DNA of 63,529 nt, counting the filler, from Thraustochytrium aureum (Eukaryota): the NCBI GenBank assembly GCA_012862495.1. It is 5 parts of 4 records of this genome, joined end to end, with 100 filler letters (N's around TTAATTAATTAA, not from the genome) between each part and the next. Parts side by side here need not be neighbours in the genome. Positions count along the whole stretch, not along the records: positions 21,405 to 45,074 come from BLSG01000269.1; 4 more parts are not named here. One strand, 5' to 3'. The position numbers and the translations under genes were made by a program. Below are positions 24,522 to 36,250 of the stretch, piece after piece. The notes under the pieces are model-generated. The model was not told the DNA's origin, ran no database searches, and worked only from the letters and a program-made list of their open reading frames with translations. Each line of letters begins with the position of its first letter. Positions within the stretch are counted from its first letter, which is position 1.

Positions 24522-26225
24522 CTACTTCTCGACTCGGTAGGCCTGCGCAACGGCGAGCGCCTGGCCACCGTCCTCGCCAACAGTACTGACGCTAATTACA
24601 GGCGTCGTACGAGCAAGGTCCTTTGATTTGGCAGCGGATGCGGGCTCAGCGCTGCCCAGTCCAAGGACAGGAACCACGGCTGAGGACCGTGCTGTGCTCT
24701 GCTGGTCCTCCGAGGGAACTCGGCCCTCAAACGAGTCTGACGAGGACGACCCCAACTCGACGTCGACCACCTGAGGCTCGTCCAAGTACCGCGACATCGA
24801 CCGGCACCTGTAGTTGAAGGCCAGCCCGCAAAAGAAGGCGACGTCGAGCGTCTCGGAGAAAAAGTAGATCCCCGGCAAGTCGCCCTTCATGCCGAGGCGG
24901 GCCAGGAGAATCTGGGCGATCGTGATGAGAAACGGACCGATGGCAAGATAGGCAATCAAGAGGTACCGCAGGTTGGCGAACAATGAGATGGTGTCCGTGA
25001 GGAAGCGAACCCGTTGTTCGATTCGGAGGACGGTGATCGTGTGCTCCGGGTCCACCCGCGCGCGGTCTGCCCCCACACGCGCTAGCTTTCGCGAAAGCTC
25101 GCTGATGGACAGCGTCGTGACCTGGTACATTGTCGAGGTCATGATGATGTACAGAAACATCAGCAAAACCCAGAGCAGGGCGCTAAGGCGGCCCCACCAC
25201 ATAAACATGGCGGAGAGCAGGCCAAAGCCGAGGACCAGGCGGTTTGTCCTGTGCCTATCGATCGGGTTGATCTGGTTGGTCGTGATGTGCAGCCCGAGGC
25301 CAAGGTACAAGATGCGCTCCGTGAGGAGCAGGTAAAACACCACCGCAACGAGGAACCGCAAGTAGAACAGTCCCGTGGCCGCCGCGACGGGGCCGTCGGC
25401 CGACTTGGCGAGCAGCGACCCTGCGGCCAGCCCCACTGTGAGCCACTTGGTCAGGAAAACCGGCGTGAGCCAGACCTGCAGCTTGATGTTTTGCGACGTT
25501 CTCCAAGCGGCAAGATGCCCGGCCCACACCGCCAGGAGCACGACGCCGAGGGCGGCCTCCACCCCAAGCCCGCGCAGGATGGTGATCTCGCCTGCCCCGA
25601 GGTGCGTGCCTCCCGGGTTGGTGAATGTCGAGTCCACTTCGAGCACACCACGCAGCGAGGCAGAAGGGTACTGAGCAGTAAACCCGCAGCCGGAAAACAC
25701 AAAGTACATCTCGCCGTCTGCCTCGACAAGGTCCTGGTCGACGCTGACGTGAAAGCTTCCGAAGGGGCTAGCAACGGTGGAGGTTGCCAAGTACGTCGCA
25801 GGGAACCGCTTGCAAAACCACGGCTCGCGGCCGAACCGGAAAGCGCAAAACGCGCCGGGAGAGTTTGCTTCCAGCTGGTAGAGCTCATCGTACTCGTGCG
25901 GCGTGCAGGCCAAAAGGTGAAACAGGTTGTCCACGTCGCCCTGCGATTGTCCGCCATCGTTTCCAGGTTCGCGGGGCCTCTTCGCGACGCGGTCGAGCAA
26001 TTCCACGCCAAGTTTGGCATCCGCCGTGATTGTGCCTCCCTCAAGAAAGTCAAACTTGGTGATTCCAACCAGCTCATTCCCGGTGGTGACCTCAAGGTAA
26101 AACGCTTGTTTGCCAGTCTGTACGTCTACCGAACCCACCCCGTTCGACAGCGACCACAGCATTCCCATCCCGTCGCCGGGCAACGACGCCAGCACCAGCA
26201 CCCCGAGGCCAACCCGCCTGTTCAT
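24522..26225 (-). CDS. Signal peptide + lumenal domain + 7TM protein (GOST: GPR107/TMEM87-like)
   Basis: N-terminal leader, FTNPGGTHLGAGE just before TM1 (cf. NPxGxLsAxE), about 7 hydrophobic segments, Ser-rich tail. Confidence 0.65.
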   Translation of the reverse strand: MNRRVGLGVLVLASLPGDGMGMLWSLSNGVGSVDVQTGKQAFYLEVTTGNELVGITKFDFLEGGTITADAKLGVELLDRVAKRPREPGNDGGQSQGDVDNLFHLLACTPHEYDELYQLEANSPGAFCAFRFGREPWFCKRFPATYLATSTVASPFGSFHVSVDQDLVEADGEMYFVFSGCGFTAQYPSASLRGVLEVDSTFTNPGGTHLGAGEITILRGLGVEAALGVVLLAVWAGHLAAWRTSQNIKLQVWLTPVFLTKWLTVGLAAGSLLAKSADGPVAAATGLFYLRFLVAVVFYLLLTERILYLGLGLHITTNQINPIDRHRTNRLVLGFGLLSAMFMWWGRLSALLWVLLMFLYIIMTSTMYQVTTLSISELSRKLARVGADRARVDPEHTITVLRIEQRVRFLTDTISLFANLRYLLIAYLAIGPFLITIAQILLARLGMKGDLPGIYFFSETLDVAFFCGLAFNYRCRSMSRYLDEPQVVDVELGSSSSDSFEGRVPSEDQQSTARSSAVVPVLGLGSAEPASAAKSKDLARTTPVISVSTVGEDGGQALAVAQAYRVEK

Positions 26226-26661
26226 TTCCTCCCAGACCCTGCGGCAGGCTCAGCACCAGCGCACGCGTTGAGCCGCGACCCACGCGCCACCGCAGGATTC
26301 CAATCGCGCGAGATGTGCGCTCACCAAGACTGCCAACGCCGTGACAAGCGCACGTATTTCCCCACCTACACAACAAGCAGCACGTCGGCGGGCAGCCCGG
26401 ACACCTCCAGAACCTCCGCCAGCCGGGCGCCGGCGCGCGCGTCAATCCGCGAGCCACGCGTTCACGTAGGATCCAAAGACCGCTCCAACTCCGCGTGCGC
26501 GCCGTCAGGGCTCTGTGCGTCAGACATGGAAGGCGGCTGCACGCCATCCACATCCGCAAGATTTCAACGGACCTTTAGGTTAGGTCGACGCTTGCGAAGG
26601 TTAGGGTAAGCGTGGACGAGAACGAACGATGGAAGGGATGGAATGGAGGCGAGCAGAGCAG

Positions 26662-26725
26662 ACCCGCAACGCGGAGGAGCAGGAGGAGCAGGAGGAGCAG
26701 GGAGGAGCAGGAGGAGCAGGAGGAC
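26662..26725. repeat. (GGAGCAGGA)n short tandem repeat
   Basis: Direct observation. Confidence 0.8.
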
Positions 26726-26818
26726 AGGGGCCCGCGCGAGCCGCGGCGCTGCAGCTGCTCGCGTCTGTGCGTCGGGCCGACGCGCGGGGAGGGCTGCGCT
26801 CGCTAGTTTGGTTGTGCC

Positions 26819-29800
26819 ATGTCGCTGCGGCCAAAGTTGAGGAGCTTCGAGGAGGACCTCGAGGCGTTTGAGGCTGGCAAGCTTCAAGGCGCTGCTCGAA
26901 TTGTTGCTGCGAACGCCGCGGATGGGCCGGGCCGGGTGCGGGTGCGGGATCTGGCTCCGACGGCTGAGGATGGCTCTGCCTCGGCTTCGAAGGACGTGCA
27001 CGGTGGACGGGACGAAGTCGAGGAGCGCGACGATGTTGTGCAAGGCAGGCTAGCTCGCGGCAGACGCGTCACGTTCGACTTACCCTGTGAAGATGATGAT
27101 CCGGAGGCGCGCTTAGACTTGCACGACGAAATGCAGAGCATCAGCGGGATCTTGCACGGGATTTCGGAACGCGAGCGCAACGAAGTCCTCCCTGCGATGT
27201 TCCTGGGTCGGCGTCCAGCGCAGCCAACCGGTTTTCCGTCGACTTTTTCTGCCACGCCTGCGAAGGGGACTCAGCCTTTAAACGGGCAGGGCGCAGTTGA
27301 GACCGGGAACTCCAGGACGCCCGAAGCCGAGAACGAATCTCCCCCTCAACGGCCCATGTCCCTATTCAAACAACGGATGCTAGAAAAGCGAGGCGAGCTG
27401 CCCAGCAGAACCTCTGCCAGCAGAACCTCTGCTGGAGGCGAGAAGGCCACTGTGCATGCAGCCCCGCGAGGCGCATCGCCGTCACCCCCTCGACCTACAA
27501 CAACAGCAAGCGTTTCGAGCGAGATCGGTCAGGGCGCAAACCTTGAGCAAATGTCAGCAAGCGAGATCGCCGCGGCACAGCTTGAGATTCGCCAGACGTT
27601 TAGCCCGCAGGTCCTCGAAGCGTTCATGGCAAAGTTCGGGACAAAGCAGGCCAGCCCCAGCGCGCCAGCCGCGCCAAATACCCGGCCTTTAGTAGACCCT
27701 GCAGCTGTCCCTGCGTCAGATCGGTCCAGTGCGTCCCGCGTTCAAGACTTGTCGTGGATTCGGTCCGAAGAAGACCTGGACAAGGCGGTGAACGACCTGC
27801 TTCCAGACCTGGAGAAGGAGAAGCTGCGTTGGACCGGCAAGGTGACTGCGCCTCAAGGAGGGCTCGAGACCGGCGCCGCGCCGCGGGAAGCGGCGTTTCC
27901 AAAGGACAGCGTGAGTGCGATGCTAGAGTCACATGGGTACAAGCCGTCATCGGAGAAGCAACGCTTCGACCTCGAGGGCGACCTGGTTCGCGCCGACGCG
28001 GCGCCCGGGGAGGAATCAACACCATCGCAATCTGCGCTCTATCACCATGGCGACGACCCGGACTCTGCTGGGTACACGCTGAGTGAACTCGTTCAACTAG
28101 CGCGGAGTAAAGCACCAGCGCAGCAGGCGCTTGCGCTGTCGTGCCTCGAGAAAATACTTGACAAGCGGCACGCGGCGCTTTATGCCCAGCCGTCGCGGCA
28201 CCCCCTCTTCTCCCTGCCCATCCAGCTGCCAATGGTGCTTCGGGTCGCAATTGACGGCAGCAATTCTACAGCAGTAACCGCTGCGGTTCGAGCGCTAGCA
28301 GCCTTCCTCGTGCCGGCCACGTTGCTGAGGGATATCGCATTTGCGTGGCGGTGCCTGTCTGGCAGCGCCTTGGTGCTTCCTCCGAAAGTGCCGCGCGCTC
28401 AGGGGGCGGCCGCGGTTTTCGGCCCGGCTCTCGATGACGAGCCGGCATATGATGCTGACCAGGTCGATGAGAGCGACCCGACAGCCCAGCCTCCGACAGA
28501 CCCCGAGCTCATCCAAGGTTCTCCCGTGTACGGCTTGATCCACACCGGCCTGATAGATCGGATAGCTTTCCTTGTGGGTTCCAGGTCGCACCTCGCTGCT
28601 GGAGTGACGCTCGGTCCTGGCGGTGAAGTAGCTTGCCTTCGCATCTTGACGCATGTTGTGCTGCACTCGAACGACGGGCTGGAGGCGGTTCTGGCAGACG
28701 GCAAACTCATCGCTTGGCTCGCTGCCCGCAGTCGGACTGCCTTGGCCGACCTACGCGACGGCCGCCAGGCGGAGGCCGCGGCTGTGTTTAATGTGCTAGC
28801 TGTTTTGGCGGCCGCGCGGGCTGATGTGGCGCGCACCCTCGCTTCTTCGCCTGGAGGTGCTCTCGTTGCCGCTGTCGCAGAGGCCACCTTGCCTCCGTTC
28901 CGCTCAACTTCGGCGTATTCTCTTGCAAGGGTGCTCGCGGCCTGCGGCCACGCTGAGGCCCTCCAATTGGTGGCCGCCCAAGACGCCCCATCGCTTAGCA
29001 CATTGAGTGAACGTGGCGAGCCTGCGGCGCTGGCCTTAGTTCTTGCTCAGGCCGTGGACTCGCTGACGCCTGAACAGGTGGCGGCTTGGGCGGATCACTT
29101 TCGCCGCTTGCCAAGCGCCCCGCGGCATGCGGGCCCAGCCAGCTTCCTTGCTGCTGTCGTGAGAGCTACTTTGCAGCTACCTGCGGTCGAAGTTTGTGGG
29201 GCCGTCGAAGCCGACCTCGCGGTGGTATGGAGCGCCGCGGCTGCGGTACCGGAAGCCTGCGTTGGCTCTGACATCGACCGTGACTTGGATCGCACGTGCC
29301 AGACTTTTGCAGCGTGGCTCGGGGAAGAACTGGAGGCTGCCCAGGCGCATGATTCGCAGGTGCAATGGTCGGTTGCGCAGGTCGACCGCCTTGCTGCGCT
29401 GCTGGACCTCGGCCTTGCCCTTGCGAGCTCGGAGCCTTTGCGCCGGCGCCTCGGGCAGCTGCTGGCCAAGCTCGGTCATCGGTCCCGCCTGCGGGCGCTT
29501 CTCGTTGCCGAACGACTCGAGCTCGAGTCTGGCGTATCTCCAGAGCTCTCGTTTGTGGCTCTCTGTTGGGCCCGAGCTCGCTCTCTCGCTACGCTTCGCG
29601 CTTCCCGACTCCTCGTTCGCCTGTTCGGCTCAGTGCGTGCGCCGGCCGCCGGCCAGGGCTCGCAAGCTGCAGAGTTGGCGGCACGCCGGAAGGCGCTGTG
29701 CAACGCGATGCCGAGCGCGCCGCACCTGGCGGGCCTGGAGGCGCTAGCGCGATCCATCGTCTCCGCGCTCTACGCCCCGGGCCTTGGGCCTGTTCGGGCA

Positions 29801-30848
29801 AGAAGACCGGTCTGGGCCAACCAGGGTGAAGGAGGCCTTGCTGGACGCGCTGTGGGAGCCTTTGCTCGGTGAAGCTGGCGCCCTCGGTTCGTTGCGCATC
29901 GGCTTTGACCCCAGTGCGAGTCTGCGTCGCGACGAGAAGGCTGAAGGGCGGCTTGCGAGAATATGGGGGGCGCATTGGGCCGCCGCTCGAAGTGCTTGGC
30001 CCCTCCTCCCAGCACGGGCGGCTGTGGGCCCGGGGGGGCGCCCCTCCTCGCGGCGGCCTTGGATGCTGCGGCCACCTTGATGCGCGATGGTGGCATGGGC
30101 CCAGCAGATGTTGTTCTGCAGCTAGCTAGGCTACTTGCAGACCACAACGGTCCACGGGCCATGTTCGACGAGAGCTGCTCGCGTCGCATGAACCAACTTG
30201 TCGACCTCGCGCTGGACGGGCTGCTCCCCGACCCAGCCGAGCCTCCAAGCGCACACCGGCCGCAACAAGGGGCGTGGGTTGACGCCTTAGTATGCGCTGC
30301 TGGAGGCCGCGCCCAGCTGTTGAGCTTGTGGCAGAAGCTGATCGTCGCCTTCAACGAGCGACTCAATGGGCACGAGACAGCCGTCGCTCTTCTGCTGTTG
30401 GCGTTTCGCGCAGACAGCGACGAAGAGCTGCGACTCATTGCCTGGACCGACCTGCACGGGGCAAATTTGCTAGGCCTCCTGGAGCTACCGCGCTTGAGCC
30501 CTGTTGCTGCCCTTGAGGGCGACCTCGATGCATTCAAGCGCCCAGCAGAGACAAGCTTGGAGACTGTTCAGTGCATGGCGCACGCCCTCGCGCAACGCAC
30601 CTTGGGGAAGGGCAAGAACCCGTTCCTGACAGGGGTGGCGGTGTCGCACCTCGCGGCCTATTTGTGGCAAAGTGGCCCGCTGTCGTGGAATCGCATGCGC
30701 ATCCTCAAGCACTTGGCCCTCGATGGGGCATACTGGGACGTCTGCACAACATTGCCAGACGGGGCTGTCTACCTTGGCCCAGGCGGCGTCCCCCGCCCAC
30801 ACCCTCATGCTGTGGAGTCGATGCGTACTCTCGCGCGACAGGACCCGG
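26819..30848 (+). CDS. RPAP1: RNA polymerase II-associated protein 1 (partial; frameshifts near 29790 and 30000)
   Basis: LEQMSASEIAAAQLEI (RPAP1_N), EKEKLRWT, RFDLEG, LYHHGDDPDSAGYTLSELVQLARSKAPAQQALAL (RPAP1_C), then a long helical region continuing in ORF 29963.. Confidence 0.85.
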
Positions 30849-31217
30849 NNNNNNNNNNNNNNNNNNNNNNNNNNNNNNNNNNNNNNNNNNNNNNNNNNNN
30901 NNNNNNNNNNNNNNNNNNNNNNNNNNNNNNNNNNNNNNNNNNNNNNNNNNNNNNNNNNNNNNNNNNNNNNNNNNNNNNNNNNNNNNNNNNNNNNNNNNNN
31001 NNNNNNNNNNNNNNNNNNNNNNNNNNNNNNNNNNNNNNNNNNNNNNNNNNNNNNNNNNNNNNNNNNNNNNNNNNNNNNNNNNNNNNNNNTTGGCTCCATC
31101 CCAGGAAGAAGCATCGCCCTTGCCGGCGTGCGTTTGCTCCATCCCAGGAAGAAGCATCGCCCTTGCTGGAGCGGCGCGTTCTCGCACAGCTCGATGCGTA
31201 TGTACCGGTTGTAGACT

Positions 31218-32659
31218 TCAGATCACAAAAACTGTTCGCGACGAGAGCCGGCTTGGTTCGAGCAGGAACGTGTACTCACCGACACGCATCTTGCCGGACG
31301 CTTCCGCCGTCCGCGTTTGCACCTGTCCAAGCGGAAGCACGTTATCACGAGTGGCAGAGTCTTGAGCGACCTGGTTCTCAGACAAGTTCAATTCGCTTTC
31401 GATGGAGCGCGAGGCCACTCGGGGAGTCCCACCAGAGCTTTCTGGCGACCGCCGAACCTCTTGCACCTCCCGCCACAGCCTAGCGTTCTCTGCCTCAAGC
31501 GCTTCCCGGTCTTCCAGCTCCTGATGCAGTCTCTCGGTCTCCTTGGTGAGATCCGCAAGACGAGTATTCGCCGCTTCGAGCATTTCCAGCTCCGCAAGGT
31601 GAGCAGGGGCCTGCGCTTGGGATCTACGTTCGGACGTGACAGCTGAAACTGAACCCTGACGAGCCCCGTCCAGTTCCCGTCGTGCATGCGAGCAAGAGCG
31701 AATCGCGCTGTCTTCTGCGCAGCAGCAGCTGCAACAAGACGGCGGGTCTGATCCTGGAGAGCTTCTACCGTTCTGGCGAGGTGGTTTTCCACGAGCCGCA
31801 TCGCCTCACACTCGTGCTCTAGGTCCCTCGCGACCTCTGCCGCACTGTCCCGCTCGCCTTGAAGGCGTGCGTTCTCCGATTTGAGCGTCCTTTTCTCTGC
31901 GAGGAGCGAGTTGAGTTGGAGCTCGATAGATTGATTTTCGAAGCGTAGAGCCTCGATCTCGTTCTCGTGGCTAAGGCAGAGCCGGCGGAAGTCGTCCTTG
32001 GAGGCCACTTCGCCGTGCTCTGAGTGGCGGCCAAGAGCTGCTGCGGAGGAAGAGGGGACTAGCTCTGTCTCCTGTTGCCCTTGGACGACCAGGGAATCGT
32101 CCCTTCCTGAGAGACCCAGACCGTTCAGAGGCCCATCTGCAAGCGATTCGCTCAACGATGCATTCTCCTGCTTGAGCTTTTGAAGCTCGCCCTCGAGTTG
32201 CGCCGCGTAGTCAATGAGCAAGAGCGTCAAGTTCTCGTCGTTCCCGGCTGGAAAAATTCCAGGGCCGGATTTGAACGACCCGACGGAAACCGCGCTGCCA
32301 TCGCCCGAGCGCAAGTCCCGCGTGTGTCCTTCTTCGAGGTAAATGTCGAGGTCCAACCCCTCAAGTTTGCTTAGGGCCGACTCGGCGGACTTTGCTGAAG
32401 TAGGTCCACTCCTGGGGCTGAGCGATGGTAGCGCGGCCGGGGAAGGAATGTCTTGGTCATCCCTGGAAGCCCTGGTCGATCCCGACTCTGGGCTCTGAGG
32501 CGCAGATTTCAGCAGATTACCCCCCTCGGGAGTCGCGCTTTGGTCCACAGCAGCGTGTACAGCAACAGCTGTTCCAGCAGCAGCACTGCCAAGCGGTCAT
32601 GCGGCGGCGACTTGCGCCGCCGCGTCGCCGGCCCCGCGTTTTGACGCGTCCCAGGTGAC
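31218..32659 (-). CDS. Coiled-coil protein, partial, with a frame change near 31600-31700
   Basis: Heptad-rich stretches (ENEIEALRFENQSIELQLNSLLAEKRTLKSENARLQGE; LEAANTRLADLTKETERLHQELE) in ORFs 31388..32548 and 31218..31583. Confidence 0.55.
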
Positions 32660-34561
32660 NNNNNNNNNNNNNNNNNNNNNNNNNNNNNNNNNNNNNNNNN
32701 NNNNNNNNNNNNNNNNNNNNNNNNNNNNNNNNNNNNNNNNNNNNNNNNNNNNNNNNNNNNNNNNNNNNNNNNNNNNNNNNNNNNNNNNNNNNNNNNNNNN
32801 NNNNNNNNNNNNNNNNNNNNNNNNNNNNNNNNNNNNNNNNNNNNNNNNNNNNNNNNNNNNNNNNNNNNNNNNNNNNNNNNNNNNNNNNNNNNNNNNNNNN
32901 NNNNNNNNNNNNNNNNNNNNNNNNNNNNNNNNNNNNNNNNNNNNNNNNNNNNNNNNNNNNNNNNNNNNNNNNNNNNNNNNNNNNNNNNNNNNNNNNNNNN
33001 NNNNNNNNNNNNNNNNNNNNNNNNNNNNNNNNNNNNNNNNNNNNNNNNNNNNNNNNNNNNNNNNNNNNNNNNNNNNNNNNNNNNNNNNNNNNNNNNNNNN
33101 NNNNNNNNNNNNNNNNNNNNNNNNNNNNNNNNNNNNNNNNNNNNNNNNNNNNNNNNNNNNNNNNNNNNNNNNNNNNNNNNNNNNNNNNNNNNNNNNNNNN
33201 NNNNNNNNNNNNNNNNNNNNNNNNNNNNNNNNNNNNNNNNNNNNNNNNNNNNNNNNNNNNNNNNNNNNNNNNNNNNNNNNNNNNNNNNNNNNNNNNNNNN
33301 NNNNNNNNNNNNNNNNNNNNNNNNNNNNNNNNNNNNNNNNNNNNNNNNNNNNNNNNNNNNNNNNNNNNNNNNNNNNNNNNNNNNNNNNNNNNNNNNNNNN
33401 NNNNNNNNNNNNNNNNNNNNNNNNNNNNNNNNNNNNNNNNNNNNNNNNNNNNNNNNNNNNNNNNNNNNNTCGCTGGCAGCCGCTCTTCCTGGCCTCCAAC
33501 GGACACTACGCAAGTATTCCACACCGGCCAACAATTCACGAGCGAGCATCACGCCCGGCTTGGGGCCGCGCCAGCCATGCACGAGCGTAACGAGCAGCGC
33601 GGCCATCACGTGCGTTCGCTCACGCGGCGGACGGACCACCAGCCTCCGAGAAGCGAGAGGGCGCGGAGGCTATAAAATGATGACAGAAGGATGGGTCAAT
33701 CGAAGGCGCGACAATCACTGACAGAGCCGTCGCGGCTTCACAGCCGGTACATGGCACGCCAACTGTGCAAAGCCGGATGGCTTGAGCTGGTCAGCGATGT
33801 GGAATTGCGCCAAGAGGAGGCGTGCCAGGTTGTTGGCGGACCCGGCGCACGCGGGCGCAGTACAGCTCCGAACGGAGAAGCAACGCTCGAGGCACTGACG
33901 CGAAGAGATGCGTTGGGAAAGATCCGTTTCTCTGAGCGAGCATGGGTAGATGCAAGGCGACTCAGTGCTGGGCAACTTACTGCCGAACACCTCGAGAGAT
34001 TGGTCTTTTGCCTGCATGAACTTGCGGTTGCTGCACCAGCCCCTATCTCTCCCCAAAGACGAGTTTGCCTCTCACAGCGCTGCAGCGCTGCAGCGCTGCC
34101 TTTGCGATTCATTTTCCTTCTCAACTTGTTGCTACTACGCTACAAGTTGCCGAACTGCTGCTATTCTTGCTGCTACAAGTTGCCAAACTGCTATTCTTGC
34201 TGCAGCGCGGCATACCCAGCCTCTAACTCCTGCGAAAATGCTCTTGCTTCCTGCGAAACAGTTTTCCATTGACTAGGTCGAGCGCTCTATGTTGATGCAA
34301 GTTGATGCCCAACTGTGCGAGCGCCTTTATCTGCTGAAGAGTCGCCTACCTGTTCCGCGCCAGCCTTCATGCTCAACGGAAGGGCAACGCGGCTCACTAC
34401 GGAGTTCCTGGATGCCAAAACAGCAGTTCCGAAACCTGAACAACGGAGGCATACCTTTAGCGAGCGCCTTGCACAGCAGCGCGCGACGCAGCTTCTCCAG
34501 GATTTGACTGGCTGACCAAACTCAGGCACGGGCGAACCTGATCTCGGCCTTGTCTGCAAAC

Positions 34562-36250
34562 ATGTCCAACCCATTGCATGTTGATCAGACCGTGTACACC
34601 TCGTTCCTGTTCGTGGCCATCTTGAGCACCCTTCTGACGGCGTTCTACTTTGTGCAATGGCGCCAAGGACGATGCAACACTCACCCTTTGTACGTGCAAG
34701 CCGTCACGGCGGTGGTCTACAGCATGAGCGCTGCCGGATACGGAGGCTTTGTCTTCAGTAGCATCAAGTTTGACGACGGCTCGTTCGTGGCGGTTCCCAT
34801 CGCGCGGTACCTCTTCTGGGTGATGACTTGCCCGGTGATTCTCGCAGGCTTCATCTCCCTCTTGCACTACCGCGACCCAACCAAGCAGGACATTAATCGC
34901 ACAGTGTTCATTGTGGTCAAGGATTTGGTTGTCATGTGCTTTGGCGTGCTCGCTGCCATTCAAGCGCCAGGGCTCATGAAAATCTCGCTTCTCGTTGTCT
35001 CGTTTTCCGTCAGCTTTTGGCTCCTTACAGACATGTTTCTGATTGTCCGCGAGCGCTCGGCGGACTTTGACGGACGACTTTGGACGTGGCTCTCGATGGT
35101 CTGCGCGCTGTTCTTGACCAGTTGGCTCATCTTCCCGTTGCTCTACGTGCTTGGGCCGCCCGGGTACGACGCGATCACTCGCGAGGGCGACGCAATCGGG
35201 CACGCCATCGGCGACCTCATTGCCAAGGACGTTTTCGGCTTTATCGTGTGGTACTTTCGCTTCAACGTTGTGATTCCGCACAAGAAGGAGCTAGACCGAC
35301 AGGAGGCCAAGGACGCAGCGGAGGAAGTGAGCGAGTTTGGTCTGCTCATCAGCAACAAGCAAACGCTGGACGCCAAGGACAACGGACCAATGAAGGTGCT
35401 CGAGTACCACGGCACGGTTCTCGTCATTGAGCCCGAGCCGCACATCCAGCGACTCCTAATGTATGTTCTTGAGGAGGCCCGGCTTCGTCCCGTCTGTGTT
35501 TTTGACTTTCAGCAGGCTAGGGCTGTGCTGCGCCGCGGCCGCATGGACGAGTACAGCGCTGTGTTCCTCAACTTGGACTATGCGGTGAGCCACTTTGCAG
35601 ATGCTCGCGGAGCGATGAGCACGTTCAACAACGCGCCAGTCTCGACTCCGATTCTCGGGTTCAAGCTCGGCGCCACAGCAAACCCGCTAGTGGAGCGAGA
35701 ACTCGCTGATCCGCAGCTCTGCAACGCCGTTCACGAGTACACGATGGATGCGCGCAGCACCGTTGCTCTCGTCAAGTTCTGGGAGCAAACCGCCGCCACC
35801 TGGCGGAAGCGCGCAAGAGCACTTGACGAAGAAGCTGCTCTGCACAGCATGCCGTTCAACCCCGTCTCCGTCGGCAACTCGTACGGCCTCAACCGTTCGC
35901 CGCTTCGGGTTCGCAATTCGTTCTCGCTAGCCCCCAGCAACCAGCAAAGTCCTTCTACGCCGCAGCTCGCAATCGACACCGGAATTTCGCCGGCCGGCAC
36001 ACCGCAGCCGACCAGTGCAAGGTCGTCTGTTTCAAAGCCCAACTTCACCACGAGCCCCGTCGGCGATGTTCCAGACACGGTTTGCCTTTGTAACGCAGCA
36101 GGTTGCTCTCGCACAGCGACGATGCAGTGCGGCGCCTGCAAACTCGACCCCGCCATGTACTGCTCGCGAGAGTGTCAGCTTGCGGCGTGGAGTTCGCACA
36201 AGGGCAGCTGCGGCGGCACAACGCCCAGCGCGGCACTTGCTCTTGTCTGA
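34562..36250 (+). CDS. Channelrhodopsin-like protein A (probable anion channelrhodopsin) fused to a pseudo-receiver domain and a MYND zinc finger
   Basis: 7 TM; TM3 ARYLFWVMTCPVIL, TM4 KDLVVMCFG, TM6 SWLIFPLLYVLGP, TM7 GHAIGDLIAKDVFG (retinal Lys codon 35225-35227); receiver-like VLVIEPEPHIQRLLMYVL...AVFLNL...PILGF; C-terminal CNAAGC..QCGAC..YCSRECQLAAWSSHKGSC. First ATG is at 34562. Confidence 0.92.
   Translation: MSNPLHVDQTVYTSFLFVAILSTLLTAFYFVQWRQGRCNTHPLYVQAVTAVVYSMSAAGYGGFVFSSIKFDDGSFVAVPIARYLFWVMTCPVILAGFISLLHYRDPTKQDINRTVFIVVKDLVVMCFGVLAAIQAPGLMKISLLVVSFSVSFWLLTDMFLIVRERSADFDGRLWTWLSMVCALFLTSWLIFPLLYVLGPPGYDAITREGDAIGHAIGDLIAKDVFGFIVWYFRFNVVIPHKKELDRQEAKDAAEEVSEFGLLISNKQTLDAKDNGPMKVLEYHGTVLVIEPEPHIQRLLMYVLEEARLRPVCVFDFQQARAVLRRGRMDEYSAVFLNLDYAVSHFADARGAMSTFNNAPVSTPILGFKLGATANPLVERELADPQLCNAVHEYTMDARSTVALVKFWEQTAATWRKRARALDEEAALHSMPFNPVSVGNSYGLNRSPLRVRNSFSLAPSNQQSPSTPQLAIDTGISPAGTPQPTSARSSVSKPNFTTSPVGDVPDTVCLCNAAGCSRTATMQCGACKLDPAMYCSRECQLAAWSSHKGSCGGTTPSAALALV

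Noticed and set aside
31093..31166. 31-bp direct repeat beside a gap
   Set aside because: Only two copies at a contig edge; may be an assembly artefact.
33691..34272. 193-aa ORF upstream of rhodopsin A
   Set aside because: No recognisable domain, atypical codon usage, and partly made of a tandem duplication.
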